Below are positions 45,471 through 55,182 of a DNA stretch of 64,000 bases, piece after piece. Below the pieces are notes generated by a model. The model ran no database searches and was not told where the DNA came from. It worked only from the letters and a program-made list of their open reading frames with translations. The position numbers were made by a program, and so were the translations under genes. Each line of letters begins with the position of its first letter. Within the stretch, counting starts at the first letter, position 1. The stretch is from Flavobacteriales bacterium. GTDB taxonomy: Bacteria; Bacteroidota; Bacteroidia; Flavobacteriales; Flavobacteriaceae. The stretch is taken from the NCBI GenBank assembly GCA_004213645.1, contig SGZF01000003.1, positions 2,606 to 66,605 of the forward strand. Direction: 5' to 3'.

Positions 45471-46463
45471 ATGGCAATTTTAAACTTTCAAAAACCAGAT
45501 AAAGTAATCATGATTGATTCTACGGAATCACGTGGTAAATTCGAATTTAGACCACTTGAACCAGGATATGGTTTAACTGTTGGTAATGCTCTTAGAAGAG
45601 TATTGTTATCATCTTTAGAAGGATATGCTTTTACTTCTTTAAAAATTGATGGAGTAGATCATGAATTCTCGACTATAAAAGGTGTTGTAGAGGATGTTAC
45701 AGAAATCATTTTAAATATCAAGCAAATTAGATTGAAAAAGCAAATTGAAGATGTAGAAAATGAGAAAATAAATGTTATTGTTGGAAATCAAAAAGTTTTA
45801 AAGGCTTCAGATCTTCAAAAATTTATTTCGGGTTTTCAAATTTTAAACCCAGACTTAGTAATTTGTTCTCTTGAAAAGGATGTTAAACTTTCTTTGGAAC
45901 TTTCTATAGAAAAAGGAAGAGGATATGTTCCATCTGAAGAAAATAAAAAGACAGGTGAACCTATTGGTGTAATTGCGATTGATTCTATATTTACTCCTAT
46001 AAAAAATGTTAAGTATGACATTGAAGATTATAGAGTTGAGCAAAAAACCGATTACGAGAAATTAGTTTTTGAGATTGAAACCGATGGTTCAATTCATCCA
46101 AAAGATGCTTTAACTGAGGCTGCAAAAATACTGATTCACCACTTTATGTTATTCTCAGATGAGTTGATTACTTTAGAGGCAGATGAAATTGCTCAATCAG
46201 AAACATATGATGAGGAATCTCTTCACATGAGACAGTTGTTAAAAACTAAACTTGTTGATATGGACCTATCTGTTAGAGCTTTAAATTGTCTTAAAGCAGC
46301 TGAGGTGGATACTTTGGGAGATTTAGTTTCTTTTAATAAAAATGATTTAATGAAGTTCAGAAATTTCGGGAGAAAATCTCTTACAGAACTTGAAGAATTA
46401 GTTATACTTAAGGGCCTCTCATTTGGCATGGAACTTACAAAATACAAATTAGATAAAGATTAA
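45471..46463 (+). CDS. rpoA: DNA-directed RNA polymerase subunit alpha
   Basis: [24 protein letters not shown]-terminal domain [22 protein letters not shown]. Confidence 0.98.
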   Translation: MAILNFQKPDKVIMIDSTESRGKFEFRPLEPGYGLTVGNALRRVLLSSLEGYAFTSLKIDGVDHEFSTIKGVVEDVTEIILNIKQIRLKKQIEDVENEKINVIVGNQKVLKASDLQKFISGFQILNPDLVICSLEKDVKLSLELSIEKGRGYVPSEENKKTGEPIGVIAIDSIFTPIKNVKYDIEDYRVEQKTDYEKLVFEIETDGSIHPKDALTEAAKILIHHFMLFSDELITLEADEIAQSETYDEESLHMRQLLKTKLVDMDLSVRALNCLKAAEVDTLGDLVSFNKNDLMKFRNFGRKSLTELEELVILKGLSFGMELTKYKLDKD

Positions 46464-46473
46464 ATTTTAATTC

Positions 46474-46899
46474 ATGAGACACGGTAAGAAAATTATAAAA
46501 CTTGGTAGAAAATCTGCTCATAGAAAAGCAATGCTTGCCAACATGGCTAATTCTTTGTTTGAGCATAAGAGGATTACAACTTCTTCTACAAAAGCAAAGG
46601 CTCTTAAAATATTTGTTGAGCCATTAATTACCAAGTCAAAAACGGATACATTACACAATAGAAGATTATGTTTTAGTAAACTAAGAAATAAATTAGGAGT
46701 CCAGATTTTATTTGATGAAATATCAAAAAAAGTTGCTAATAGACCCGGTGGATATACTAGAATTATTAAATTAGGAAATAGATTAGGAGATAATGCTTCT
46801 ATGGCAATGATAGAGTTAGTAGATTTTAATTCTATATATAACGATCAAATTTCTCAAATATCTTCCGAAGAAACAGTTGTCGAAACTAGTACTGAATAA
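46474..46899 (+). CDS. rplQ: 50S ribosomal protein L17
   Basis: MRHGKK...[22 protein letters not shown]...KAKAL. Confidence 0.97.
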   Translation: MRHGKKIIKLGRKSAHRKAMLANMANSLFEHKRITTSSTKAKALKIFVEPLITKSKTDTLHNRRLCFSKLRNKLGVQILFDEISKKVANRPGGYTRIIKLGNRLGDNASMAMIELVDFNSIYNDQISQISSEETVVETSTE

Positions 46900-46921
46900 C
46901 TCCTTATTAAAAGTAATTAAC

Positions 46922-46956
46922 AAAAGGATATATGTTTTTTCATATATCCTTTTTTT
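46922..46956 (+). terminator. Rho-independent terminator closing the ribosomal super-operon
   Basis: Perfect stem ggatatatg (46926-46934) / catatatcc (46941-46949), extendable with A:T pairs. The loop is tttttt and the stem is followed by a run of seven T. Confidence 0.8.
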
Positions 46957-46976
46957 GTTTAATTTTACTTTCCGAA

Positions 46977-48071
46977 ATGTCCTACGAAAAAAGAAAAAAA
47001 GCACTCGTACTATTAGCTGATGGTACGATTTTTTATGGTCGTTCAGTTGGAATTGAGGGTACTTCATATGGTGAGATTTGCTTTAATACTGGGGTAACTG
47101 GTTATCAAGAAATATTTACTGACCCATCTTATTTTGGTCAAATAATGGTGACTACTACATCCCATATTGGTAATTATGGAATTAAATTGTCAGAGTCTCA
47201 ATCTAAAGAAATTTTTATTAGTGGACTTATATGTAAATCTTTTAGCGCTGTTAATTCTAGATCTAATTCTGAACCTTTGAAAGAGTGGTTTAAATCAAAT
47301 AATCTTTTAACATTGTGTGATGTTGATACTAGAGCTTTAGTTAGATATATAAGAGACAACGGAGCTATGAATGCTGCTATTACTACAGAGGTTGATAAGA
47401 TTAATGATATTAAAAAGAAACTTAATGATTTTCCATCTATGGATGGACTTGAGCTCGCTTCAAAAGTTTCAACTAAAGAAGCATATGAATATGGTGATCG
47501 TAATTCAAAAAAAAGGTTAGCAGTAATTGACCTTGGAGTTAAAAAAAATATACTTGATAACTTTATAAAAAGAGATATATTTATTAAAGTGTTTCCATTT
47601 AATGCTAATTTTGACGAAATGTTAAAATTCAAACCTGATGGTTTTTTTCTTTCAAATGGTCCAGGAGATCCAAAGCCTCTAAAAAAAGTTATCGATACAA
47701 CAAAAGAAATACTTGATAGAAACTACCCTTTGTTTGGAATATGTCTTGGTCATCAAATTATTGCTTTAGCCAATGGTATTGATACATATAAAATGTTTAA
47801 TGGTCATAGAGGGATAAACCACCCAGTCTTAAATCTTACTACTGGTAAAGGTGAAATAACCTCTCAGAATCATGGTTTTGCTGTAGATTATGAAACTGCT
47901 ATATCAAATAAATCAGTAGAAATATCACATAAACATTTAAATGATCAAACTATAGCTGGATTAGAAATAAAAGAAAAAAATTGTTTTTCTGTTCAATATC
48001 ATCCTGAAGCTGGTCCTGGACCAAATGACGGAAATTATCTTTTTGATAATTTTCTATCAAAACTTAAATAA
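46977..48071 (+). CDS. carA: Carbamoyl-phosphate synthase small (glutamine amidotransferase) subunit
   Basis: I chose the start at MSYEKRKKALVLLADGTIFYGRSVG. The longer ORF start at 46932 lies inside the terminator stem. GICLGHQ, NHGFAV and QYHPEA motifs are present. Confidence 0.95.
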   Translation: MSYEKRKKALVLLADGTIFYGRSVGIEGTSYGEICFNTGVTGYQEIFTDPSYFGQIMVTTTSHIGNYGIKLSESQSKEIFISGLICKSFSAVNSRSNSEPLKEWFKSNNLLTLCDVDTRALVRYIRDNGAMNAAITTEVDKINDIKKKLNDFPSMDGLELASKVSTKEAYEYGDRNSKKRLAVIDLGVKKNILDNFIKRDIFIKVFPFNANFDEMLKFKPDGFFLSNGPGDPKPLKKVIDTTKEILDRNYPLFGICLGHQIIALANGIDTYKMFNGHRGINHPVLNLTTGKGEITSQNHGFAVDYETAISNKSVEISHKHLNDQTIAGLEIKEKNCFSVQYHPEAGPGPNDGNYLFDNFLSKLK

Positions 48072-48075
48072 TTAA

Positions 48076-49368
48076 ATGAGTAAAATTAAAAAAATAATTG
48101 CAAGACAGATTTTTGATTCAAGAGGAAATCCTACTGTTGAGACTGATGTTATAACTTCAAATGATATTATGGGAAGAGCTGCAGTACCTTCAGGAGCTTC
48201 TACTGGCCAACATGAAGCTATTGAATTGAGGGACGGTACAAGAGATTTTATGGGTAAATCAGTTTATAAAGCAGTAAATAATGTAAATGATTTAATATCT
48301 AAAGAATTACAGAATATGTCAGTATTTGATCAAGAGCTGATTGACTCGAAAATGATAAATCTAGACAATACACCGAATAAATCAAAACTTGGAGCAAATG
48401 CGATTTTATCAGTTTCATTAGCAGTATCAAAAGCGGCTGCATTAGAAAAAAAAATCTCTCTATTTAAATATTTAGGTAATGAAAATTCAAATGTACTTCC
48501 AGTGCCTCTAATGAATATTATTAATGGTGGAAGTCATTCTGATTCACCAATATCTTTTCAAGAATTTATGATTGTTCCAGTTGGTGCCTCAAACTTTAGT
48601 CATGCACTTCAAATTGGTAATGAAGTTTTTCATAATCTAAAATTGATTCTAAAATCAAGAGGTCTATCAACAGCAGTTGGAGATGAAGGTGGGTTTGCAC
48701 CTGATCTTGACGGTACTGAGGACGCTATAAATACTATTATTAGTGCAGTTGAGAAAGCTGGATACAAAATGACAGAGGATATTATGTTAGCACTTGATTG
48801 TGCTTCATCAGAATTTTACAAGGATGGTTTTTACGATTACTCAATTTTTGAAAACAGTAATAACTCTAAACTTAATTCTGCTGAGCAAGTTGATTATTTA
48901 GTTGATCTTTGTGAAAAATTTCCTATTATATCAATAGAGGATGGAATGGATGAAGATGATTGGGAAGGTTGGAAGCTTTTAACACATAAACTTGGCAATA
49001 GAGTTCAATTGGTTGGTGACGATCTATTTGTTACTGACTTTAACAGGCTTTCAAGGGGAATTGAAGAAAATATAGCTAATTCAATTCTCATTAAGTTTAA
49101 TCAGGTTGGATCTTTAACTGAAACAATTTCATCTATTAATCTAGCATTAGATAACAATTTTACTTCAGTAATATCTCATAGATCAGGTGAAACAGAAGAT
49201 TCAACAATTGCAGATGTTTGTGTAGCTTTCAATACAGGTCAAATAAAAACAGGTTCTATGTCAAGATCTGACAGAATGTCCAAATACAATCAATTAATAC
49301 GAATTGAGGAAGAGCTTGGGGACACTGCAAAATATCTTGGAAGAAAAGCTTTTAATTTAAACTTGTAA
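48076..49368 (+). CDS. eno: Enolase
   Basis: [39 protein letters not shown]. Confidence 0.98.
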   Translation: MSKIKKIIARQIFDSRGNPTVETDVITSNDIMGRAAVPSGASTGQHEAIELRDGTRDFMGKSVYKAVNNVNDLISKELQNMSVFDQELIDSKMINLDNTPNKSKLGANAILSVSLAVSKAAALEKKISLFKYLGNENSNVLPVPLMNIINGGSHSDSPISFQEFMIVPVGASNFSHALQIGNEVFHNLKLILKSRGLSTAVGDEGGFAPDLDGTEDAINTIISAVEKAGYKMTEDIMLALDCASSEFYKDGFYDYSIFENSNNSKLNSAEQVDYLVDLCEKFPIISIEDGMDEDDWEGWKLLTHKLGNRVQLVGDDLFVTDFNRLSRGIEENIANSILIKFNQVGSLTETISSINLALDNNFTSVISHRSGETEDSTIADVCVAFNTGQIKTGSMSRSDRMSKYNQLIRIEEELGDTAKYLGRKAFNLNL

Positions 49369-49411
49369 TAATTTAAATTTTATTTAATTTTTTTCTTAAC
49401 TCCAGGTAATT

Positions 49412-49419
49412 TAACTTTG
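49412..49419 (+). promoter_or_regulatory. Candidate -7 box TAACTTTG upstream of gltA
   Basis: Matches TAnnTTTG 16 nt before ATG 49435. The ORF-track TTG start at 49417 lies inside this box. Confidence 0.35.
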
Positions 49420-49434
49420 TATAAATACCCAAAG

Positions 49435-50730
49435 ATGGATAAATCGGCAAAAATTGAATATAATGGTAAATCTTATGAATTTCCAGTAATTACTGGAACC
49501 GAGAATGAGGAAGCTATTGATATCAATAAACTAAGGGCTGAAACAGGATTAATTACTTATGATCCTGGGTATAAAAATACTGGACACTGTATAAGTGATA
49601 TAACATACCTTGACGGTGAAAATGGAATCTTAAGATATAGAGGATACTCAGTCGATGAGTTATGTGAGAAGAAATCCTTCCTTGATGTTGTTTATTTACT
49701 TATTTTTGGAGATCTACCTAGTGATTCACAGTTAAGTAAATTTCAAGATGATATAAGGGAGGAAGCATTAGTTGACGAAGATTTAAAACGTATTTTCAAA
49801 AGCTTCCCTAGATCTGCACATCCAATGGGTGTTTTGTCATCTTTAACGTCAGCTCTTATTGCATTTAACCCTCTTAATGAAACAAAGATATCAGTTAACG
49901 ATAAAAAGGGAACAACAGAAAATGATAAAATGTATATGTCAACAGTTAGACTTTTGTCAAAGTTTCCGATTATTTCATCATGGACACTTAGAAAAATTAA
50001 AGGTCTTCCACTTAATTATAGTAATAATAAATTATCTTATACTGAGAACATTGCCTACATGATGTTTGCCCTTCCAAATAGAGAGTATATTCAAAATGAT
50101 GTTATAATTAATGCATTAAACACCCTTTTAATACTTCATGCTGATCATGAACAAAATTGCTCAACATCGACAGTAAGAATCGTAGGCTCATCTTATGCTG
50201 GATTATACGCATCCATTTCTGCTGGAATTGGCGCATTATGGGGAAGACTTCATGGTGGTGCTAATCAAGCTGTAATTGAAATGTTAGAATTAATTAAAAA
50301 TGATGAATCTAACATAGATAAGTATATTGATAAGGCAAAAGATAAATCTGATCCTTTTAGATTAATGGGTTTTGGCCACAGAGTATACAAAAATTTTGAT
50401 CCTAGAGCTAAAATTATAAAGAAAGCAGCAGACCAAGTGCTAAACGATTTAGGCATTAACGATCCTGTTTTGGATATTGCTAAGTCTATTGAACAAAAGG
50501 CTTTAAATGATGAGTACTTTATTGAAAAAAAATTATACCCTAACGTTGACTTTTATTCGGGTATAATATATAGAGCACTTGGTATACCAACTGATATGTT
50601 TACTGTTATGTTTGCATTAGGAAGAATACCTGGATGGATAGCACAATGGAAAGAAATGAGAGATTCAAATAATCCAATTGGTAGACCTAGACAAATTTAT
50701 AATGGACCTACACATAGGAAAATTTCATAA
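49435..50730 (+). CDS. gltA: Citrate synthase (type II)
   Basis: ATG 49435 gives MDKSAKIEYNGKSYEFPVI. LHADHEQN, GFGHRVYKNFDPRA, YPNVDFYSG. Confidence 0.96.
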   Translation: MDKSAKIEYNGKSYEFPVITGTENEEAIDINKLRAETGLITYDPGYKNTGHCISDITYLDGENGILRYRGYSVDELCEKKSFLDVVYLLIFGDLPSDSQLSKFQDDIREEALVDEDLKRIFKSFPRSAHPMGVLSSLTSALIAFNPLNETKISVNDKKGTTENDKMYMSTVRLLSKFPIISSWTLRKIKGLPLNYSNNKLSYTENIAYMMFALPNREYIQNDVIINALNTLLILHADHEQNCSTSTVRIVGSSYAGLYASISAGIGALWGRLHGGANQAVIEMLELIKNDESNIDKYIDKAKDKSDPFRLMGFGHRVYKNFDPRAKIIKKAADQVLNDLGINDPVLDIAKSIEQKALNDEYFIEKKLYPNVDFYSGIIYRALGIPTDMFTVMFALGRIPGWIAQWKEMRDSNNPIGRPRQIYNGPTHRKIS

Positions 50731-50738
50731 TAATTTAA

Positions 50739-52511
50739 ATGGAAATCAAATCAGAGATTTCAAGTTTAGCTTCAAGATTTTTAGCTTTAAATTATAGCCT
50801 TGAGGTAGATCAAATAGAAATCCAAAATACTAAAAAAGACTTTAAAGGAGATATAACAATCGTTTTGTTTCCTTTTTATAAAGAAATTAAAAAAGATCTA
50901 ATCTCAGAATTTGGAAAATCTTTTGGTGAAAATTTAGTTAAAAGCTCAGATAATATTTCTGGATTTAATATTCAAGGTGGATTTTTAAATTTAGATGTTG
51001 AGGATAGTTATTATCTTAAATTTATTGACTCAATCAAGAATAATAAAAATTTTGGAAAAGTAGAACAGTCTGATGAAACTTATATTGTTGAGTTTTCATC
51101 TCCAAATACAAATAAACCTCTTCACTTAGGTCATATAAGAAATAACTTGTTAGGTTATTCCATTGCCAAAATATTAGAAGCTAATGGAAAAAGAGTCAAG
51201 AAAGTTCAAATAATTAATGATAGAGGAATACATATATGTAAATCAATTATTTCATGGAAATTATATGCTAATGGTGCTACACCAGAATCTGAAAATATAA
51301 AAGGTGATAAATTTGTAGGGGAGTATTATATTATGTTTGATAAAGTACACAAAGAGCAAATGAAGATTCTTATTGATTCAGGAATGGACAAAGACTTAGC
51401 ATCTGAAAATACATCAATAATGAAAGCTGCCAAAGAGGAGCTTTCTAAATGGGAAAGTAATGTAAAAGAGACTAGAGAGGTATGGAAAATGATGAATGAT
51501 TGGGTTTATAAAGGTTTTGAGAAGACATACAATTTATTAGGAGTATCCTTTGATAAAAATTATTATGAAAGTGAAACATACCTTCTAGGTAAGAATATAA
51601 TAGAAGAGGGTCTACAAAAAAACATATTGTATAAAAGACAAGATTCATCAGTTTGGATTAATCTTGACAATGAAGGTCTTGATGAAAAGCTTTTATTAAG
51701 ATCTGATGGTACATCTGTATATATGACCCAAGATCTAGGTACTGCTGTTCAACGAATATCAGATAACTCTGATGCAAGAGGTATGATCTATACGGTTGGC
51801 AATGAACAAGATTATCATTTTAAAGTATTATTTAAAATTTTAAAGAGATTAGGTTATCAATGGGCTGATAATTTATTTCACTTAAGTTATGGTATGGTTG
51901 ATTTACCATCTGGTAAAATGAAAAGTAGGGAAGGAACTGTTGTTGATGCAGATGATTTAATATATAATTTAATTGATTCTGTAAAATTAACCACAGAAAG
52001 TTTAGAAAAATTTCAGTCTACAAATGATGAATTAGATCATGATGAGTACAAAAAAATTGCTCTAGGTGCTTTAAAATACTACATACTAAAAGTTGATCCA
52101 AAAAAAAATATTTTATTTAATCCAGATGAATCAATTGATCTTACTGGAAATACTGGACCATTTATTCAATATGCTTATGTAAGGATTCAATCAATTTTAA
52201 AAAAAGTCAACAAAGTAGTATCAATTGATCATGATTATAAACTTAGTAGTAAAGAGAAGGATGTTCTTATACTTATTCATGAGTATCCATCTATTTTGAT
52301 TAATTCATATAAGGATTTGTCACCTGCAATAATTGCTAATTACCTTTATGAGTTAGTTAAAAGCTTTAATTCTTTTTATCAAAATCATCATATACTTAAT
52401 TCTGAATCGAAAGAGTCAAGTTCTATCCGAATATCTATATCAATTAAAACAAGTAGTATTATAGAGTCAGCATGTGATCTTTTAGGGATTGATTTGCCAA
52501 AAAAAATGTAA
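50739..52511 (+). CDS. argS: Arginine--tRNA ligase
   Basis: 590 aa. Class I HIGH motif SSPNTNKPLHLGHIRN, plus GKMKSREG. Confidence 0.95.
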   Translation: MEIKSEISSLASRFLALNYSLEVDQIEIQNTKKDFKGDITIVLFPFYKEIKKDLISEFGKSFGENLVKSSDNISGFNIQGGFLNLDVEDSYYLKFIDSIKNNKNFGKVEQSDETYIVEFSSPNTNKPLHLGHIRNNLLGYSIAKILEANGKRVKKVQIINDRGIHICKSIISWKLYANGATPESENIKGDKFVGEYYIMFDKVHKEQMKILIDSGMDKDLASENTSIMKAAKEELSKWESNVKETREVWKMMNDWVYKGFEKTYNLLGVSFDKNYYESETYLLGKNIIEEGLQKNILYKRQDSSVWINLDNEGLDEKLLLRSDGTSVYMTQDLGTAVQRISDNSDARGMIYTVGNEQDYHFKVLFKILKRLGYQWADNLFHLSYGMVDLPSGKMKSREGTVVDADDLIYNLIDSVKLTTESLEKFQSTNDELDHDEYKKIALGALKYYILKVDPKKNILFNPDESIDLTGNTGPFIQYAYVRIQSILKKVNKVVSIDHDYKLSSKEKDVLILIHEYPSILINSYKDLSPAIIANYLYELVKSFNSFYQNHHILNSESKESSSIRISISIKTSSIIESACDLLGIDLPKKM

Positions 52512-52540
52512 AAAAAAAGTCACCCGAAGGTGACTTTTTA
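52511..52540. terminator. Bidirectional intrinsic terminator between convergent argS and proteorhodopsin
   Basis: A8 run, stem gtcacc (52519-52524), loop cgaa, stem ggtgac (52529-52534), then a T5 run. It reads as hairpin plus U-tract on both strands. Confidence 0.8.
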
Positions 52541-52557
52541 ATTTATCTGAGTGTAAA

Positions 52558-53274
52558 TTACTTAGATACTGCAAGGTTATACACAACAAGACCAAAACCG
52601 ATTTTGTTAATTGCATCACCAACGTTATAGATAACATCCATTTGACCAGCAAGGCCACTAAAGATACCACTATACCAACCGTCAGTTCCTGCCATATATC
52701 CAATAGGATAAATAGCCCAACCTATAAGTACGAATTTACATAGCATTCGGTGTGCGCTCTCGACGTTACCTCCAGCTGATTTGGCAAGCTTAGATGCTCC
52801 ACCGAACCATATTTCAGCAACTATTGCAAAATATGCTATACCCGAAACAAGACCCCATATTTGAGCGTCAAAAGGTCCAACACCTGCTTCACCGAAGTAA
52901 CCAGTAACAAGCATTACGACTGAAAGAGCAATTAACTTCCACAATAGACTTTTTGTAGCACCTGATGGTTTTAAAATTAGATAGAACTCTACACACATTA
53001 GTGGTACAGTTAATATCCAATCTACATATCTATAAGCAGTTGTAATATCACCTTCCATAGCAGCATTTCTCATATAGTAATAATGAAGAGCTGCAATTGC
53101 AGTAATAAGAGCTGAAACTAGCATTGAAGTTTTCCACTTATCAGCTACTAAACTCATAGCAGAGAAAAAGAAAAGAGTTGCAGCAAACATTGCGGCAAAA
53201 CCAATCCAAAAAGTGAAATCTGTTAAGCTAAGATCAGTTGCTAAAACTGGTAAAATACTTAATAAATTTTCCAT
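52558..53274 (-). CDS. Proteorhodopsin, DTE-type light-driven proton pump, predicted green-tuned
   Basis: 238 aa, 7 TM segments. Helix C RYVDWILTVPLMCVEFY aligns by eye to green PR RYIDWLLTVPLLICEFY (Asp acceptor, Thr, Glu donor). His in ALHYYYM, Schiff-base Lys in NVGDAINKIGFG, Met at the tuning position. Confidence 0.93.
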   Translation of the reverse strand: MENLLSILPVLATDLSLTDFTFWIGFAAMFAATLFFFSAMSLVADKWKTSMLVSALITAIAALHYYYMRNAAMEGDITTAYRYVDWILTVPLMCVEFYLILKPSGATKSLLWKLIALSVVMLVTGYFGEAGVGPFDAQIWGLVSGIAYFAIVAEIWFGGASKLAKSAGGNVESAHRMLCKFVLIGWAIYPIGYMAGTDGWYSGIFSGLAGQMDVIYNVGDAINKIGFGLVVYNLAVSK

Positions 53275-53382
53275 AATTAAATTAATTATTGTTTATAGAA
53301 ATTAAATTAAATAAAATAATGGAGTAAAAAAAGATAATTTGAAAAAAAATCATATCTTTTTTTGTGGATATTTCATTACAAT

Positions 53383-54267
53383 ATGACTAAAATTATCAAA
53401 TTCAGAATTATAATTTTTATAGTTTCTATACTTATAAGTTACTTGTTGTCAGATAATTATCAAAATATGCTTGGCTTTGTACTCATTCTTTCTATTGGAA
53501 TCATTCATGGAGCAAATGACCTTTTAATAATTAAAAAGTATTCAAAAAAAGATACTCTAAGGGGTACAATGTCCTATTTTTTATATTATTTAAGCTTTGT
53601 TTTACTAGGTTTTATATTTTTTTACCTTTTTCCTTCAGTAGCATTATTAACATTTGTGTTGGTATCTATCTATCATTTTGGAGAACAACACTGGGAAGCT
53701 AACAAACTAAGTAATCAAATTAATCCAGTTAAAAGATTTTTTCTGTTTATTTTTCATGGTTCACTTTTTTTTATCATCATTTTTATTAATAATATTGAGA
53801 TTGTAAACACTGTCTTAATTTCTTTTAATATTACCCCACTCATTTTCTCATATTTAAAAATAGTATTATATGCTCTAGCTTTTTTATATATACTAAACCT
53901 TTTTTATTTTAGAGAAACAAGAAAGCATCTTTTTGCTGAAATATTATTCTTTTCGCTTTTATTTTTATTGACAATTAATTCTACTCTTATTTTTGGTTTT
54001 GCTATATATTTTATTTTTTTCCACAGTTTATTATCAATTAAGGATCAAGTAAAGTTTATTCATGATAATAATAAACCTGAAAACATAAAAAAATACATTT
54101 TAAGTGCTATTCCATATTTCATTTTAGCTATAGTATTTTTAATTTTATTTTATCTTTTAACAGATTTAGGAACTACCGATATTTTACCAATAATATTCAC
54201 TTTCCTTGCAGCAATTACTTTTCCACACGTTCTAGTAATTGAAAAAATGTATAGAAATATGAAATAA
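53383..54267 (+). CDS. blh: Brp/Blh family beta-carotene 15,15'-dioxygenase (retinal synthesis)
   Basis: 294 aa from ATG 53383. Multi-TM with His-containing motifs IIHGANDL, IYHFGEQHW, FFHSLLS, FPHVLV. It is divergent from the rhodopsin gene. Confidence 0.85.
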   Translation: MTKIIKFRIIIFIVSILISYLLSDNYQNMLGFVLILSIGIIHGANDLLIIKKYSKKDTLRGTMSYFLYYLSFVLLGFIFFYLFPSVALLTFVLVSIYHFGEQHWEANKLSNQINPVKRFFLFIFHGSLFFIIIFINNIEIVNTVLISFNITPLIFSYLKIVLYALAFLYILNLFYFRETRKHLFAEILFFSLLFLLTINSTLIFGFAIYFIFFHSLLSIKDQVKFIHDNNKPENIKKYILSAIPYFILAIVFLILFYLLTDLGTTDILPIIFTFLAAITFPHVLVIEKMYRNMK

Positions 54268-54285
54268 ATTATTTAAAGCAATATG

Positions 54286-54293
54286 TATATTTG
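54286..54293 (+). promoter_or_regulatory. Candidate -7 box TATATTTG upstream of folD
   Basis: Matches TAnnTTTG 14 nt before ATG 54307. Confidence 0.35.
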
Positions 54294-54306
54294 ATAAAAT
54301 AACTCT

Positions 54307-55182
54307 ATGAAAATAATTGACGGAAAAAAAGTGTCTATTGAGATTTTAGATGAGATAAAATCATCTGTTGATATTAGAGTATCAAATAATTTAAAAGTTC
54401 CTCATTTGGCAGCAGTATTAGTAGGAGACGATGGTCCAAGTCAAACTTATGTCAATAGTAAAATAAAAGCATGTGAAAGAGTTGGATTTGAATCATCCCT
54501 TTTCAAGTTTCAAAAATCTATTTCTGAGGTTGACCTAATTAATGAAATTGAAAAGATTAATAGAAATAATAATATTGATGGCTTTATTGTTCAACTTCCT
54601 CTTCCAGATGGAATAAATCAAGAAAACATTCTAAGTAAAGTAGATCCAAGTAAAGACGTAGACGGGTTTCATCCAGTTAATTATGGAAAAATGGCTCTTG
54701 GAATAGAAACTTTTTTACCAGCTACGCCTGCAGGTATTATTGAATTAATTAGTAGATGTAAAATTGATCTAAAAAGTAAAAAATGTTTAGTTATTGGAAG
54801 AAGTCAAATTGTAGGAAGACCAATAAGTATTTTACTTAGTCAAAATAAAATTTTTGGAAATGCCACTGTAACAGTTGCTCATAGTAGGACTACAAATTTA
54901 AAAGAGTTATGTATTAACTCTGATATTATTATATCTGCTATAGGTATTCCACAATTTATTAAAGGTAATATGATTAAAAAAGGTGTTACTATAATTGATG
55001 TAGGAATATCAAGAATTGATGATAAGTCATCTTCTAAGGGTTATAAAATTGTTGGTGATGTTGATTTTGAAAATGTTTCAAGTAAAGTTGGTTTTATTAC
55101 TCCTGTTCCAGGAGGTGTTGGCCCTATGACTATAGCTATGTTATTAAAAAACACTTTAAAGTCATGTAGTCAAACTGACTAG
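54307..55182 (+). CDS. folD: Bifunctional methylenetetrahydrofolate dehydrogenase / methenyltetrahydrofolate cyclohydrolase
   Basis: PHLAAVLVGDDGPSQTYV, DVDGFHPVN, VIGRSQIVGRP, PVPGGVGPMT. Confidence 0.96.
   Translation: MKIIDGKKVSIEILDEIKSSVDIRVSNNLKVPHLAAVLVGDDGPSQTYVNSKIKACERVGFESSLFKFQKSISEVDLINEIEKINRNNNIDGFIVQLPLPDGINQENILSKVDPSKDVDGFHPVNYGKMALGIETFLPATPAGIIELISRCKIDLKSKKCLVIGRSQIVGRPISILLSQNKIFGNATVTVAHSRTTNLKELCINSDIIISAIGIPQFIKGNMIKKGVTIIDVGISRIDDKSSSKGYKIVGDVDFENVSSKVGFITPVPGGVGPMTIAMLLKNTLKSCSQTD

Noticed and set aside
46932-46976. N-terminally extended ORF-track starts: carA 46932, symporter 12512, VOC 56570, gltA TTG 49417, guaA TTG 21966, blh TTG 53362, rpmC 37903, mini-protein 23492.
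   Set aside because: Each extension falls in a terminator stem, a candidate promoter box, or a neighbouring gene, or adds residues absent from the conserved family N-terminus. An in-frame ATG with the expected N-terminal sequence lies just downstream in every case.
52511-54306. The opsin/blh pair as a recently acquired mobile island.
   Set aside because: I see no integrase, transposase, tRNA target, direct repeats or flanking pseudogenes. The flanks are argS and folD with normal spacing, and the compositional difference has an expression-based explanation.
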